Of a DNA stretch of 64,000 nt, positions 1 through 14,099 are shown piece by piece. Numbering within the stretch: the stretch's first letter is position 1; each line of letters begins with the position of its first letter. The notes below the pieces were generated by a model. The model did not search any database. It had not been told where the DNA came from and saw nothing but the letters and a program-made list of their open reading frames with translations. Both the position numbers and the translations under genes were made by a program. Source of the stretch: Antedon mediterranea. Lineage: Eukaryota > Animalia > Echinodermata. The stretch is from contig NC_092670.1 of the NCBI RefSeq assembly GCF_964355755.1, forward strand, positions 24,848,795-24,912,794, written 5' to 3'.

Positions 1-395
1 AGCCTAATCGTATTTACTGTGTAAAGTATATTTAGGAAGGAATGTATAACGTCACTCTTGAATCGTACGCTAACCTACTAAGTTCTACCTACCTAATCTA
101 CAAAGCTAACTAATCTTTAAAGCGCATTCTTTTTATGTCATGCCATTATCATAAATATCTATCTTAGTACTAAACTATTCTTTTGTTCATTTGCGTATAG
201 GATATCCAACATATAACATAAAGTATAATTCAGTAAAGCATATATGGAAGTAATAATTGGCAAAGGTATTTGATTGCATTTGGGTTAGATTGATCGGTGG
301 ATGGCAATCATTATGATTATGCATATGGCGCAAAAATATGTATTTTTAAACATGTCACATTCATGATACGGTCAAGATACACGTATGCCAAGTTA

Positions 396-708
396 AACTT
401 GGTTATCCCATTGGACGCAACGCAATGACGTGAGCGCGCCGTATGCCATTTAACCAATCACGACGTCGTGGATTATCCGAACTGTCGCTTGTAATTGGTC
501 AACTCACTTGCGCTAAACGTCATTCCGTTGCGTCCGAATCAAGCTTGACAACACGAGTTATTTGACAAATCACAAGCAACGACTTGTGTTTTTCCTCGCC
601 TGCGTAAAATCAAATCTGCGATGTCGGTTCTCACTTGTGATTACGCAATACAGCACTTTGCGTCAAAACGTCCCTGCGTTGCGTTGCGTCGCTAGTGGGA
701 ACCACGCT
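396..708. mobile_element. Degenerate MITE with inverted termini (PIF/Harbinger-like)
   Basis: Left end aacttggttatcccattggacgcaacgcaa is an imperfect inverse of right end ttgcgttgcgtcgctagtgggaaccacgct, with TTA/TAA flanks. Related fragments lie near 10610-10910 and 13450-13470. Confidence 0.55.
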
Positions 709-1294
709 TAAGAGTCGACGCTTCGATAATTCAAATAACGTGGACGTAGTTTATTATCATCGTTTCTACTACGTACGCGTGTCTGTTTATGTCTGTGATG
801 ACACAACATAATGTGTGGTTGTATATTAGTTTATTGTAAATGAGCATCAAGTGGTTACAATGTAGCCTACCGACTGCATTATACTTCCATATTGTCGTCG
901 ACTAGTGTCTCGACAACAGCTTACTAACATTAACATATTTATTTCAATGCTTTTTGTTTATAGTATAGCTCATATAGCATAGATTTTTTTAATGTAAATA
1001 TATATACGTTTCAAATGATATTCAGCAAGATAATTGTTTGCGCTCGTGGGGTCAAAAACAATATTTAGTAATTTCCATTACGAATAATCATCATTAAAAC
1101 AGACAGAAGAATACGATAAATAATATATTAACGCGAGTGGCATAATTACTAATTCTAATTAGCATGTACAGAATTAATGAATACTATTTTTTATCGGTGG
1201 CTTTAGTATTAAATAACTAGTATCGTAATATTACATTTTAATGACTTAATTTAGCTGAGTAGTTTCGTCGATAATTATTATTTTTTGTGATGAT

Positions 1295-1460
1295 ATTTTG
1301 ATGATGGCTGTAATGACGATGATGTTAATGATAATGATAATGATGAGTTGATGGAAATGATGATGAGGTTACGATATAATATGACGACGAGGGCACCGTA
1401 ATGATTGTGAAAATGACGAATTAGGATTTATATGAAAATTAACGGTGATAATGTATAACA
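1295..1460. repeat. Degenerate (GAT/AAT)n microsatellite
   Basis: Runs of gatgat/aatgat/gacgac. Confidence 0.6.
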
Positions 1461-4400
1461 TGAAGTTTTAATGAATTGTTCATACAATAACGTAACAATT
1501 GACACGTACGTCTTAAAGTAACACGTTGCTAATTAAATTAAACACAGATATAGAAATAACAGCTGTATGATGACAATGTAATGTATGTTATAATGATACA
1601 CTATCATTAATCTGATATAGGTCTTACACGGATACAAATTATGCAAAGTACTATTATCTTATGATAATAATATGTAAGCATACTAACACCTCCTAAGATA
1701 CACTATTATTCCCAAGCAAATATGAAGCCTACACGCAATATTAATAATACAACCTTATTTCTAGTCAACGTGTCTGCATAGTGTGCACAGTTTGTGATTA
1801 ATATGATATTGTGAGGTTGAATTTACTTCAAGAAAGTTCACGATGTGGATGATAGGATTTTCTAATACTGTCTTCTTCCTCAGTTAGCCCGTGTTATAAC
1901 CACAGTAGTACACGAGGTGTGGGTATCATAACTATCGGTACAGAGGGCTGGGGATTTATCCGTTTTCATTTTTTTACAGTCCCTTCAGAAGGTACCGTAA
2001 ACAATCTTCATACTTTAGGTCGTAACTAACGGTTTCCAGATGTTAGTTTTTTCCAGTAAAATAATAAAATGACGAGGATGGTACACACTCAACGAATTGT
2101 CCAATTCTGGATTAATTTGTGCATTTTTCCTTCCAATACAATAAAAGCTGATTTGGTCGTTTGATTGGGCAGATATCGGATACGTTCTTATGTCAGTTTA
2201 GAGACATCGTTAAAGTTAAAATTAACGATTTTATAGATATTCATAATGCTATATATAGCATATATTCTGAGCTACGATACGCACTGTTAAATGTCGATAA
2301 AGAAGCAAAATCGTATTCGATTTGATTTTGAATATTATAGTATTAGGCGTTGTGCACTTATTGATGTATCTACCTTCAAAATGCGAGATTTAAGCATGAT
2401 CATTTAGCTTGTGTATGCAATCATTCCAGCTCTCATAATCATTATTTCGGGACTTATTTTGAATGTATATTCGTTTACTGAAACATTTTCTCGAATTTAA
2501 AGTCGGTTTAAATCAGGAAAGTGGGTCACAGATTGAACTATGACCTTTTGAAGGCAGTACCACAAATACATTTTCATATTATAAAATTTCAATCATCAAA
2601 ATTCGATTCTAATTCAACTATATAGAACTATAAACGGAAATATATAAAAAAGGGCATAAAACTGATAACATTATAGTTTCCAAGATTTTGGTTAAAACTC
2701 TCTATCGGCGATTTACAGATCAAATTATTCATTGTTCAATGTTGCTTTAAATGGATGAAAAACTTAATTATATTAAATTTCAAAATGTTATTTTTGGAAT
2801 ATCTATTTGCTTTACATACATGAGGTGAATACATCGTTCACTACGGTGAAGGAACGAAACAGTTCTTCTACGTCAATAACTACTTTTTTTTCTACATTAT
2901 GGAACTCAATCTGATATTGATTATGTCAAAAACTTCAATAATCATCACAGTATTTTAAGAAATATATGTTTGCTTATTTTTCTGATTACATGAATATATT
3001 TGGAATGGCAGATAATTTAGATTTTGAAAACATATTTTAAAATATCTATAAAAAACTATAAAATGAAATATAAGATTATGCTAAACTTTGCTATGACAGG
3101 GTTTGCTGATTCAAATTAATTTTTTATTTGATTATGTTTTTCCTTTATAATGTATTATATGATGAAAAAAAAAATGAAAAAAACAAAACATTCAAACCCG
3201 TGTAAATACATATTATAATATTACATTTTCATTCAAACAATTAAATTACTGTGTAATATTTACTTTCACATAAATTACTGGAAAAGTGCTAGAACATTGA
3301 ATAAATTACATCCATACATATTTGCTTCCTCGTGTTTGTAATTTACAAACTTTAGATGGTTAACTTTGCTGATAACTGAAATAAATATCAAACATCAATC
3401 GATCAATCAATAAATCAATAATTTTTTTTAAAAGATTTGTTAAAGATGTATTTTCCCCTGAAAAAATAATTCTTCAAAATTTTTTGTTGAATATGCCATT
3501 TTAATATTACATAATATTTATCCACTTTGACCAAAAGCTGGATCGAAAAAAAAATGTATTTACCTGAAAAAAGGTGTAAATCAAAATTTAAAAAATAGTC
3601 AAATTGACTGCCAGCCAATGGATTTTTGTTTGGATTTAACCATTTATTTTGTCATTTTATAAGTGAAAACATAATTTTTTCCCGTTTTTTTTCTATGGAA
3701 ATAATTAACTTTGTTAAAACTACAAAATAACTTATTAAAAGTCTGATTTAATTAATTTTATGTTTTTGGGGAACAATACATCTTTAAGCGTTTAGGAAAC
3801 TAAATCCTGAACAAAACCGACATAACTGTATTTCTTTCTAATTTAACCGTACTGTAGCCTACTGCATTAGAAACAATGACTGATGTAATTCAGCTAATTG
3901 TTTCGCACTCAGATTGCATTTAGTCTGATTGTTCTGTTTATAAAGTTATATTAATTTAAGAGCTGCAGCCTTAGATACTCGTATTTGCTGAAGATGTCTC
4001 TGATTATTGCGTTAGATAATTACAGTGAAAGCACCTGGTCGCCACGCTAATATTCTGCTTACATTTCCACAGAAAAAACAGACAATATTTAGAAATATAT
4101 TTTGTCGAATCTAAGAAGAAACTGGAATATCTTGAAATAATATAGGCCTATGCTAATATCCTAATGTTGATGCAGTAATTGTCATTATATTTTATTAAAT
4201 GGGGTTTAAATAAAATGACTTACATTTTGTTTTATTGGATAATAATAGTCCTAGTATTTTTTACAGATATGATATTTTCTATCCTATTTTTATATTTTCA
4301 AACCTGCAACTGAAAACACAACATATGTATATATACTGTATTTTTAGTTGAATAATGAATAAATGAAACTAATATGAATGAATAATGTTAGTAAAAATCT

Positions 4401-4812
4401 GTGTTAAATAGTGGATTTACATACGATAGATTTATCTATCCCAATGTATTGAAAGAAAATAGATTGGATATTAAAGCCGTATTTACACTGAGCCCTGATT
4501 CGGTCTGGTGGCTGGATAAATAACTGCGGACTATGTGGCGTTTTCACATACATCCGAAATAAGCAGCCGATCTTCTCGGTACTGTATCTATTTCCAAAGT
4601 ATCATAGGAATATTTGGTAATACAACATCACATATGATCACTATGATACTTCGGAAATACTATAGTTTATGGAGATACAGCACTGGGACAGATAGTGTGG
4701 TCAATTCTAAACATTAAACCCGTTCATTATAAATTAATCCGGCCTCATCGGAAACCGGGCTCCGTGTGAGTATAGCTAAAGTCAAAAGATAATATTGGAT
4801 AATATGACTTAC

Positions 4813-5083
4813 CTGTGAGTATTGATAACCTGTGCATTGCAGGGAATGGGTTATTCCCTGAAGTATCAAGAATATCCAAACGATATACATCTCCTTTGAT
4901 TTTGTAAATTTTACGATGAAAATCCTCAATCGTTGGTGTGTACTGTTCTGTATATTTTCCATTTAAGAACCGATTGACAATCGCTGTCTTTCCAACCTTT
5001 GGTGCTCCAAGAACTACCAAACGAAAACAATTTTTGGCGGGAATGTTCATTTCAGACTCTAATACGACCGGACTGTACGACAT
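4813..5083 (-). CDS. RASD1: RASD1/RASD2 (Dexras1/Rhes)-like small GTPase, first coding exon
   Basis: gccATG at 5083 gives MSYSPVVLESEMNIPAKNCFRLVVLGAPKVGKT (P-loop)...YTPTIEDFHRKIY (switch I)...LDILDTSGNNPFPAMHRLSILTG. The DTSG motif and PAKNC.R/RLSILTG are characteristic of RASD. Phase-1 donor G|gtaagt at 4812. No second exon was recognised in 1-4812, so the gene continues outside the window. RASD1 versus RASD2 orthology cannot be resolved. Confidence 0.9.
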
Positions 5084-5149
5084 GGCTACGTTTTTGGCAT
5101 TCGATGATGCCAAATGAACAATGTAGATAAGCAGATAAATGCAATCCAA

Positions 5150-5173
5150 TTATACCGGATTTAATGCATCCAT
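5150..5173 (-). promoter_or_regulatory. Candidate upstream ORF (MDALNPV*) in the RASD 5' leader
   Basis: actATGG context (A at -3, G at +4); ATG GAT GCA TTA AAT CCG GTA TAA. It is in frame with the main ATG and stops 66 nt before it. Confidence 0.5.
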
Positions 5174-7646
5174 AGTGTTTTGAAGTAAACCTCGTCAGCT
5201 TATTACATTTTCCAACCAGAAACACACATCTGTTTTGAAAGAGCTCCGCTGGTGACTGGTTGTCGGCGGAAGCAGCAAGTTGGCTAGTGTGTGTGATCGA
5301 ATCGAAGATGCGCGTGTATTGCTTGTTCTAGGTCATGCTTGAGCTTGTACGATGACGTATTACGAACAGACAACTAGTAATTGTCTGACGATACCAAGAG
5401 ATAATCGCAGTACAACGAAACTTATTAATGTTTACTCGAGTCTAACTTGAAGGTGTGACGTGAATAATACGCTAGGAGGAATATTAAACATACAGACAGC
5501 TGTGACAAGAAGTAGAGATTTTAAAGCAGAAGCCGTGGGCTTACTTCACCTTATTAGGCATACACTTAATCACACACACCAGTAACTGATTGGTATTTAA
5601 AAACATATCGAATTTGACAAAAGCGTACTCACCATGAGATCATTTTCAATTTCAATACCATCAACCTAAAATCAATCGAAAATCAATATAATAATAAAAA
5701 TGAATCGATTTGTGAATTCGACAACAGAAGCTCTACTAAAGTTGTACGGAATGGTATGTAATGTTCATAAAGTTCTCCAATATCCCATGATTAATCCCTT
5801 AATTAAATACGTAATTTACGGATGGTAACTGTTTTGAGCAGCACGATTACGATATTTGACGTTTGTATCCGTGATGTCATATGTGCCAGTGTTTGTATTG
5901 ATTCCAATTTTAGGTAAAAAAACGTTCACAAATTTACAATTCAAAAATAAGTTACATACACTCCAAAACAACAATAATCAATATAAATCGATACTATAAT
6001 ATATAATTAACGAAAATGAAGTACATTGATTGCAGAACAAAATGTATTTTTCAACTTGAAGTTTGACCTCCTTCTACTGATCGGAGGAGGTCGTTTATAC
6101 GGCGAAATCTTTATAGTAATTTACGGTTGATGTACATTTTATTTCAATGGATCGATCAAGCACGTTCGTTCGTCGTGTGTATAAGAAACTATGAAATTGG
6201 CTGAGCAATTACGCCATAATTTAAGATGATTACCCGCGCTAAGGGTTATTTAAGCAAAATAAATATATGAAATTAAGGTAGGCATCAGAGCATACAATGT
6301 TCACAGGCTACCATTCGTTACGCTTGCGTGACGCTTACTAGGCTTAAAACGTTTAGATTACAACGCCTACTTGTTATAACGCCTACTTAAATTGTTGTTT
6401 ACCGTGAATTGCGACATGTGTGTTTAGATAGGTAGAAGAATATTACACTTACAGTTTTCAAATAATATATTGAAAAATTAGGCTAACATCACGAATGACA
6501 ATCGTACATCACATTATAAGTTGTCCGACGTCCATTCATTGATAAACGCGTTTTATCATTAATAATCTAACGCGTTTTGTTGTCTTTAATTCATATCTCG
6601 GTTACATACTGCAACGCGTTTTGTTGTCTTTAATTTATATCTAGGCTACATAATGCAGGGTTCAACTTCAGTCGAAAGCTGCCCTATCTGTTTCTCTCTT
6701 CAACATTTTATTTTATTTTATTACAATCAAGCTTTTCGTGAATGCTTTTATATTCATATGAAGCAGAAATGTGTGAGATGCATGAATGTTAATGGAAAAA
6801 ATTATACGTTGTTTATTTATGTGTTTTTAACTATTGTGTGCATTAGACAATGCTGACACTCCATTTGTGCCTTAAGCCGGTTTATTGTTATCGCATAATT
6901 ACGTTTTTGCAAATTACATTCAGGTAATCATTGTCTTTTCACTACTAGTACCATCTTATGGTTGACGTCGACTATCGCATCATTATCATTATTCCGTTAA
7001 CGCTAACATTTATGATTTTATCTTATAAAGGGAACGTAACATTACTATTTTAGGCTAAACCATTTCGAAATGCAATACCAAATCCATTGGAATATTATAG
7101 TACGTACTGCATCATCGTTTTAAACATGATGTTTGACGCTAATGACATGTTATGTTACACATCATCAATATCATCTTTCAATATCTTTCAGCCTAGACAA
7201 ATGCTGCATATACCGTTTGCTTGGATCACCGCTTGGTGACAAGTTACAATTTAGTTTCTAGTAACAGTACTTCTGGTCCTAAAACAAAATGTTACGTAGA
7301 GTTTGCGAGGATAGCCTAAATCATCACGCGGTGACGAGTTAAAATCTAGTAAAATTACTCTTCCTAGTTATAGATCTGTTGATCACCTAACTCGCCCGGC
7401 GGCGAGTTAAAATCTTGTTCAGTTAAAACAAAATGTTACAGAGGTTTGCGCTGGTCACCTCACCTAACTCGTCAAGTTGACGATGATAAAATAGAATAAG
7501 TACAGACAGACCAAACCTACATCGTTTTTAACATTATGACGCTGATGGAATTTCATGTTACAATCATTCAATATTTACACTATTAGTCATAGATCAAAAT
7601 GTGTTCGATATAGTTAAAAAAAAGCAAAGATACTTGGCAATAAGAA

Positions 7647-7797
7647 CACCCTATTCAGCTACTGTCCCTAGGTGTTATCTGTAAAACTATAGCAAGTCAT
7701 ACACGTTGCTGTCTGCCTAAATGCTGTACTTTTAACAACGTGTATGACTTGCTATAGTTTTACAGATAACACCTAGGGATAGTAGCAGAATCGGGTG
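7647..7797. mobile_element. 151-bp foldback MITE with 7-bp TSD
   Basis: Near-perfect inverted arms of about 62 bp (caccctattc...cacgttg / caacgtg...gaatcgggtg). The direct repeat ataagaa flanks it at 7640-7646 and 7798-7804. The same terminus gaatcgggtg recurs near 9932 and 58113. Confidence 0.8.
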
Positions 7798-9378
7798 ATA
7801 AGAACGACAAATCTGCTTATTCTGTGGACAAAAACATCAATGTACATTTGTCGCGCGTACATTGTATAATTTTAAAAACTAATGAAAGTTCTGTGTTAAG
7901 GAAACGGATCATACTTGAATGCTCCTTTTAAACCTTCATGTCGGCTATTTTATAACATGGAATGTGTATGTGCACTAGTAGTCCCAAATTGATTGCAATT
8001 TTAACCCTTTCAAAATCATTGCGGCGTCCCATGTTTATTTATTACACAGTTAAGAGTATACGGGACATTTTTAACGACCAAAATTATGCACATTCAACAG
8101 CTTAGAATCAGCGATATCAAGAAATGATGGATAAGAAAAAATCAAACATATTAAAGTGTGTGTGCAAGGGATGAGAGAATCTTATCCCATTAGAATATTT
8201 AATCAATGCTAGCATACTATATTGAGCAATACAAATGTAACTGCCAACATATAAACACCTTATACATACGTACACAACTGACTAATAAACACGCAAATAA
8301 ATTATTTTCCAACGTTAATATAAGTTCATCTTTTGAGCACCTTTTACTTTTTTTAAATTGATTGCCAACAATCATGAGCAATTTGCATTTAAGCGACAGT
8401 ATAATGTTGTCGCATGTTTTACTTCGATGTGCTAAATCTAGGTGCTGTGTGAATACATTTTATAGTAATGTAGGCCTACATCTGAAGAGTATTGACTATT
8501 TACATAACTTTCTTAGTGGATTTTAACATGCTTACACTATATACGATTCTTTATAAGATGTGACGTCAATGTTTCTGTCTACAGTAGAACCTCTCCTTTA
8601 GGACATTCATGTTCAAGGAACACCCGTATTAAGGGGGAAAATGCCCAGGCCGTGAAATGAATGAAGGGAAAATCCGTAACAAACTGTGTTCTTAGATGAC
8701 TAGAAGTACAAATATTGAAAGATGCAATTTTATAATCGTCTTCAGATAACCATCAGTTTTTCTATATCAAAAACACAGTACAAGTTATATATTAACCGGA
8801 CTACGCAGACATTCAAAGATATAGGATCGTAATTGTGGCATATCTGTCTAGTCTTTGTATTCCAAAACTGTAATTGTGTTTATAAAATAAAATAAATTCA
8901 GGCTGTGCGTTTATGTGACGTGTGCTCACGTGGCACGAACTCTATTTACTATCTGTTATTAAACTAAAGTGCATATTTTAATATCAATGTTGTTATGCAA
9001 AGCTAAGCGTAGTTGAAAATATTAAGTTAAGACAGAAATGTAATTTAAATGTTCATAACAATGACAAATTGTCATAAATGATCACGTCTGGCTTTGTAAT
9101 TACATAGCTTTTATCATAAACAACATGTTTACTAACCATAGCAAGTCACTATAAACATTGCTGTTTTATTGCTAAATAATAGTTAAAAATCTGTTGACGT
9201 TTTATCACGACTTGAATAAGTGAGGAAGATTTTGTTAAGCCGTTGAATATTCGCTTACTTGCATCGTAAAATCGGATTGATAGATAATCTTCAGGTATAT
9301 AAGTAAGAAATTAAACAGTGCTTTTAAATGGAGAATTTACATATTGATCGTTCAATGCTAAATTGTACTTGAATTTAA

Positions 9379-9544
9379 AGCTCTGTCTACACTATCTAAC
9401 GTTAAGTGACAAATAACGTGATGTGCAAATATATGGACATGGTGATGTCATAATACTACCATATTTGGGCATATCACTACCATATTTGTGCACATCACAC
9501 TATTTTTTGTCAAACTAGTTTGATAGTGAAGATCAGGCAGAGCT
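9379..9544. mobile_element. PIF/Harbinger (Tourist-like) MITE, family A copy 1
   Basis: TIR agctctgtctacacta...cagagct, TAA TSD on both sides, internal tatcactaccatattt repeats. Same family as 43793, 45679 and 59967. Confidence 0.8.
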
Positions 9545-12500
9545 TAAATGTTTGTTCAGTATGCCATACACTACACTACTACATCAAACCTGTAGAATTA
9601 TCTTGCCTATTTCAAATGGAGTCTATTCGAGAAACATATCGTTTATCATTTTGTTCTTCTTACACGGTTATCATTTATCCCGCAGAAAATGATTTGTCGG
9701 TCGATAATATCGTGCTAACTTGGTCCCTCGTTCTCTCTCGTGTGTCCAATAAACAATTTAAATACAGTTTCTGAAGATAAATTAATGGCATATGTCTTAA
9801 AATCGTGAAAGATGATTCAGCCAGTCGAACCTACTGACATGTATAACGTGTATTAGAAGCAATTTATACATTTAGACTCGTATTTAGATGACTGTCAATA
9901 GTCAGTTACGATCTATCTAATGACAGCTTCAGAATCGGGTGAGAATTTATATAGTAGATGTTTGGTTTATGTGTTCTTCATGATTTGTCTGATTCCTTAA
10001 ATAATTTTTTTTTTTAAGGCATCACCACTTATGATTTGGGGGAGTTCGAGTACTTGTAATAATCATTTTGCTTTTTGAAAATTTAAATTTGTCATCTTAA
10101 ACTTGCCATGGAATTTTCTTTAATTTTAAGCTGATAGTTTCATTGATGTGGTCATTGCTCCACCATTTTTCCAAATTGTTCCTTCATAAAATCCTAATTA
10201 TACCAACCTAACCTAACCCCAGCAAGAGTTTAAGTTTGTTATGATCATCATTAGATAATTATTTTGATTTTATAGAAATATCAGTACGTCATCAATGTCC
10301 AGCGAAACAACACAATTACTGACTGTGTCAGGTACATTTTATGAACAATCAACTTATGAAAATACTCATTTGGAAATTAACTACGTATCGACCGAGGTTG
10401 GACACAGTAATTGAGGTTACCTAATCATCAGTGTGTAGGCAACTTAAAATGATGTTAACGGATGACATGGAATAATCTCGCAGGCGGCACGCCGAATAGC
10501 CACCATAATTACTCTTCTTCGTCTGTCTATAAATTCATTTAATTAGTCGTAGTATTTTTAAGTACAAGCATATGCATCAGAGCCCCTATCAAATGGACAC
10601 TTTCGGGACGTAATGACGTAAGCGCAACATAAGCCAGTTGACCAATGACAAGCAAAAGTTCGGATGACGCGTCGAAACGGTCAAATGACGTTGCGTTTAC
10701 GTCATTATGTTGGAACCAATCTTAAGGGAGTCCCGTGAATAAGGTTATTTCAATGGAGGGGTACTGTAACACTACTTTTGAGGTTAAAAACCTAAAACGT
10801 CAGTAACAACTCTGTATTGTGTGCAACACTAGGACGTAGGCCTACACGCAAGACATTTGACCAATCCAGGTGACACAAATGTTACATGCGTTTGAATATG
10901 TTCTTGCGTTGCATCTATATCATATATTTATAAACCTTGCCTCATGGAGCAACTAACGAATTGTTAACGTATTAACGATGCAAACATAAAGATATAGCAT
11001 TAACCACTATGTAATGTACATATCAAACACATTACACTCAGTCATGCAAAGTGAATACTACCTGATGACCTTTAATGTACATTTCCTATTCTATATTTGG
11101 TAATAATGTTCATTATAACCCAATGGCGCTGTTAATGATTACGAAGATAGAACGCTATAACATCAAAGCGGTTAATATTTTTATAAGATATTGCATACCC
11201 GCGTATCATTCACAGCAAAAAATGTACATTAATTACCAATTTCTAATCAGTTTCAACCTATGAAATGACCATCCTCGGCTTACAAATTTAGAATCTGGTT
11301 TGAGTGATGCCGGCAGGCGGTTGTAAAAAAAGTATTAAGTTTGAGGCATCATAATATTATTTAAAATAAAAACAGCCCTCACACATACGTACGCGCACCA
11401 ACGTAAGTTTGACGTCTAATGACGAGCGACATCATGCGTCGCGCGCTTATGATTGATAAAATTATAATTTATTGCGAAATTTCATGTTAACATGCACAAC
11501 TGGCTATGCTGTTTGAGTGACAACCAATTGCTAAGTGGGGTGCTTAGCTAAAACGGTTTAAAGAAAATGCGGATTAAATTGAAACGAAGTAAGTCTTCTA
11601 CTCGAGACAGAAGCATTAAGATTCAATGTCGGTGATTATTATAAAACACTAAAGTGTCAATCAGTGCACTTGAGATTGTCTAGCGTTAGCTAACTACAAA
11701 TCTAAATTAATTTGTAAACGTTGAAAGGTAACTTGAGTTCTGAACAATCCGACGATGAAAAGTCTCTCACTAAGTCAATAACTAAGATTTAAGAAACAAA
11801 CTGGAGAACGTCTTGTCATATTGACGATTTTAAAATGAATGATCTCACTTCGTGATGATCATCCGAATCTCCAGATTTTATCCCCACCCAGAACCAAAAA
11901 ACGCAGCAACCGACTAAGACAGGATCGAGTCTAACATACATTCTGCGCATGCTCATATTTATGTGGCGCGTCGTGAATGAAAGATCTCTATTATGTGGGA
12001 TAGCTACGAAATATAAAAAATTTGTATCATTCTTCATTTTAAAATGGTCAATTTATATTTTATATCATCAACGAATGTCCCACTGTAGAAAGTCATTAAA
12101 AACAAAAGAAAGGCAGGCATGGCCTCATAAATCATATTGGAAGATAACAAAACTAGTAGTATAATTAGAAGGAATCAAAAGGAATATCTCAAAAGGCCGT
12201 TAATGCATCATTCGTTAAACTATAGAAACGACGTTTGATTCGATAACATCCTAAGGGGATTGTATGTTAAAACTCTAGTGTAAACGTGACGATAATTGAC
12301 TGTCAGTGGATAATAAAAATTCAGATATATTAATATCAACAATAGGATGGTCATTAATATTCTGTTGATTCATTTCAAAGTTTGTGTTTCGCTCTATGCT
12401 TTGTCTAGCTGTCTAAAATACATTTTGTATGCGCATCTATACTTTAAAATACATATAAACACATTGTATGTGTATCATCTATACATTATAACAGCGAGAT

Positions 12501-13019
12501 AAGTATACAAATGATGTAAAAATAACGAAATTTTATATTGGGAAGTTTTTAAACAACATTGAAACCCACCGTAGGGAGGATATCTTGGCTAGTTATACAG
12601 ATAAATAATACATTGTGTGCGTATCATTAATCATTACAGCGAAATGAATACATGTTTGTGTATTATCTATACACGATAATAGCGATAACAACATTACATT
12701 GAGCGTATCAAACAGAAACTAATACATTGTGGTAACAAGAGGCCCGTCCCAAAAATTACAATGCAAAAGATAGGAGGTTATGAGTATGCCGATTGAACAA
12801 AACTGTATCACTAGTATAGGCCTAAGCCCCGGCCTAAGCTTAGATTTGGATATATGGTACGTACATACTTGTACTATATTCAGTCTTGGCAAGTACAAAG
12901 AGTAGAGTTCGACAACAAGTTTTGGCAAACGGTTACAAACATTGGTATACTGTTATGTACAAGGCGCCGTTCGGGACATTGCTCATTTTGTCGGCGAAAA
13001 TACAATGATCTGACACAGA

Positions 13020-13100
13020 AAGGCCTTACATTGGTTAGAACGGATGGTTAGAACTTTAGCTACCAATCGGAAACAAGGGTTCGAACCCTGTCCATGTGGT
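13020..13100 (+). mobile_element. Degenerate tRNA-derived SINE head
   Basis: gatggttag...gctaccaatc...gggttcgaaccctg resembles A/B boxes and the SINE heads at 19469 and 41640. Confidence 0.4.
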
Positions 13101-14099
13101 TTTTAAAATATATCCTATACCGTACTACGAGTATATCGACTGCGTAATAACATTAAACATCCATCTCCATAATAAGTCAATAACACACAAAAATAAAAGC
13201 ACTTAGGCTATCTAGTTACTGTACCTACATAGCACAATCAATCAAAGTCATTGTATACTACATCATATTAATATTTTCACTATGAAGACATTAAGTTATT
13301 TTGTCATCGCAAAGCAAATTTCAAGCCAAGTGTTTCAATTGAATTGAATCGCAACGATAGGCCTAACGTAATATTTTATTTCTACAAATTCTCATCAGAA
13401 GTGGATATAATAAACATTGTCGCACGTACGTAGATCTAACTGTACGACATTTCGTTGCGTCCTAGTGGGGAAAAAAGTTTATGAGACGAAACCGGGGAGG
13501 GCTGAACAAAGTAATAATAAGGTAGAAAATACGAAAGATGAGTGACAAACCGCAAAAAAAAAATTTAAAAAATTGTAAAGGAATATATTATTTAAATCTT
13601 TCTAATATACAGTTATATTTTATCAAGCACAGATATTCATATCTTTTGACAAATATCGGAATAATCAATATTGTTTTAATAATAACTATCACCAACCTGG
13701 TAATTATCATTTTTGTCATTACAAGTACCATCATCTAGTCTGAGATTTATGTACATTGAGGTGAGGACGTACGCGCATAAACGTGTTGGTCTAATAATTA
13801 TACAAACTGCATGACAACGAATTGAAAACACTCATCAGGTGCAATTTTTAATCATGTACTACGTAGCTTAATATGTTAGCTATTTGTAATATGTGACTTT
13901 TCAAGTGACATAATGTATTTCTCGGTAATCGAAATTAAAATTGTTCATCGCAATCCTTCACGAAACACATTAATGTATAGCCTATGTCAAAAATGTACTG
14001 GCATATACAATATAAAATCCGCCCTGTGATGTACAGACAATTCATTTTTAAACGATGAAGATGAGGAAACCATCAAACCACCTGTATCACCAGATTATA

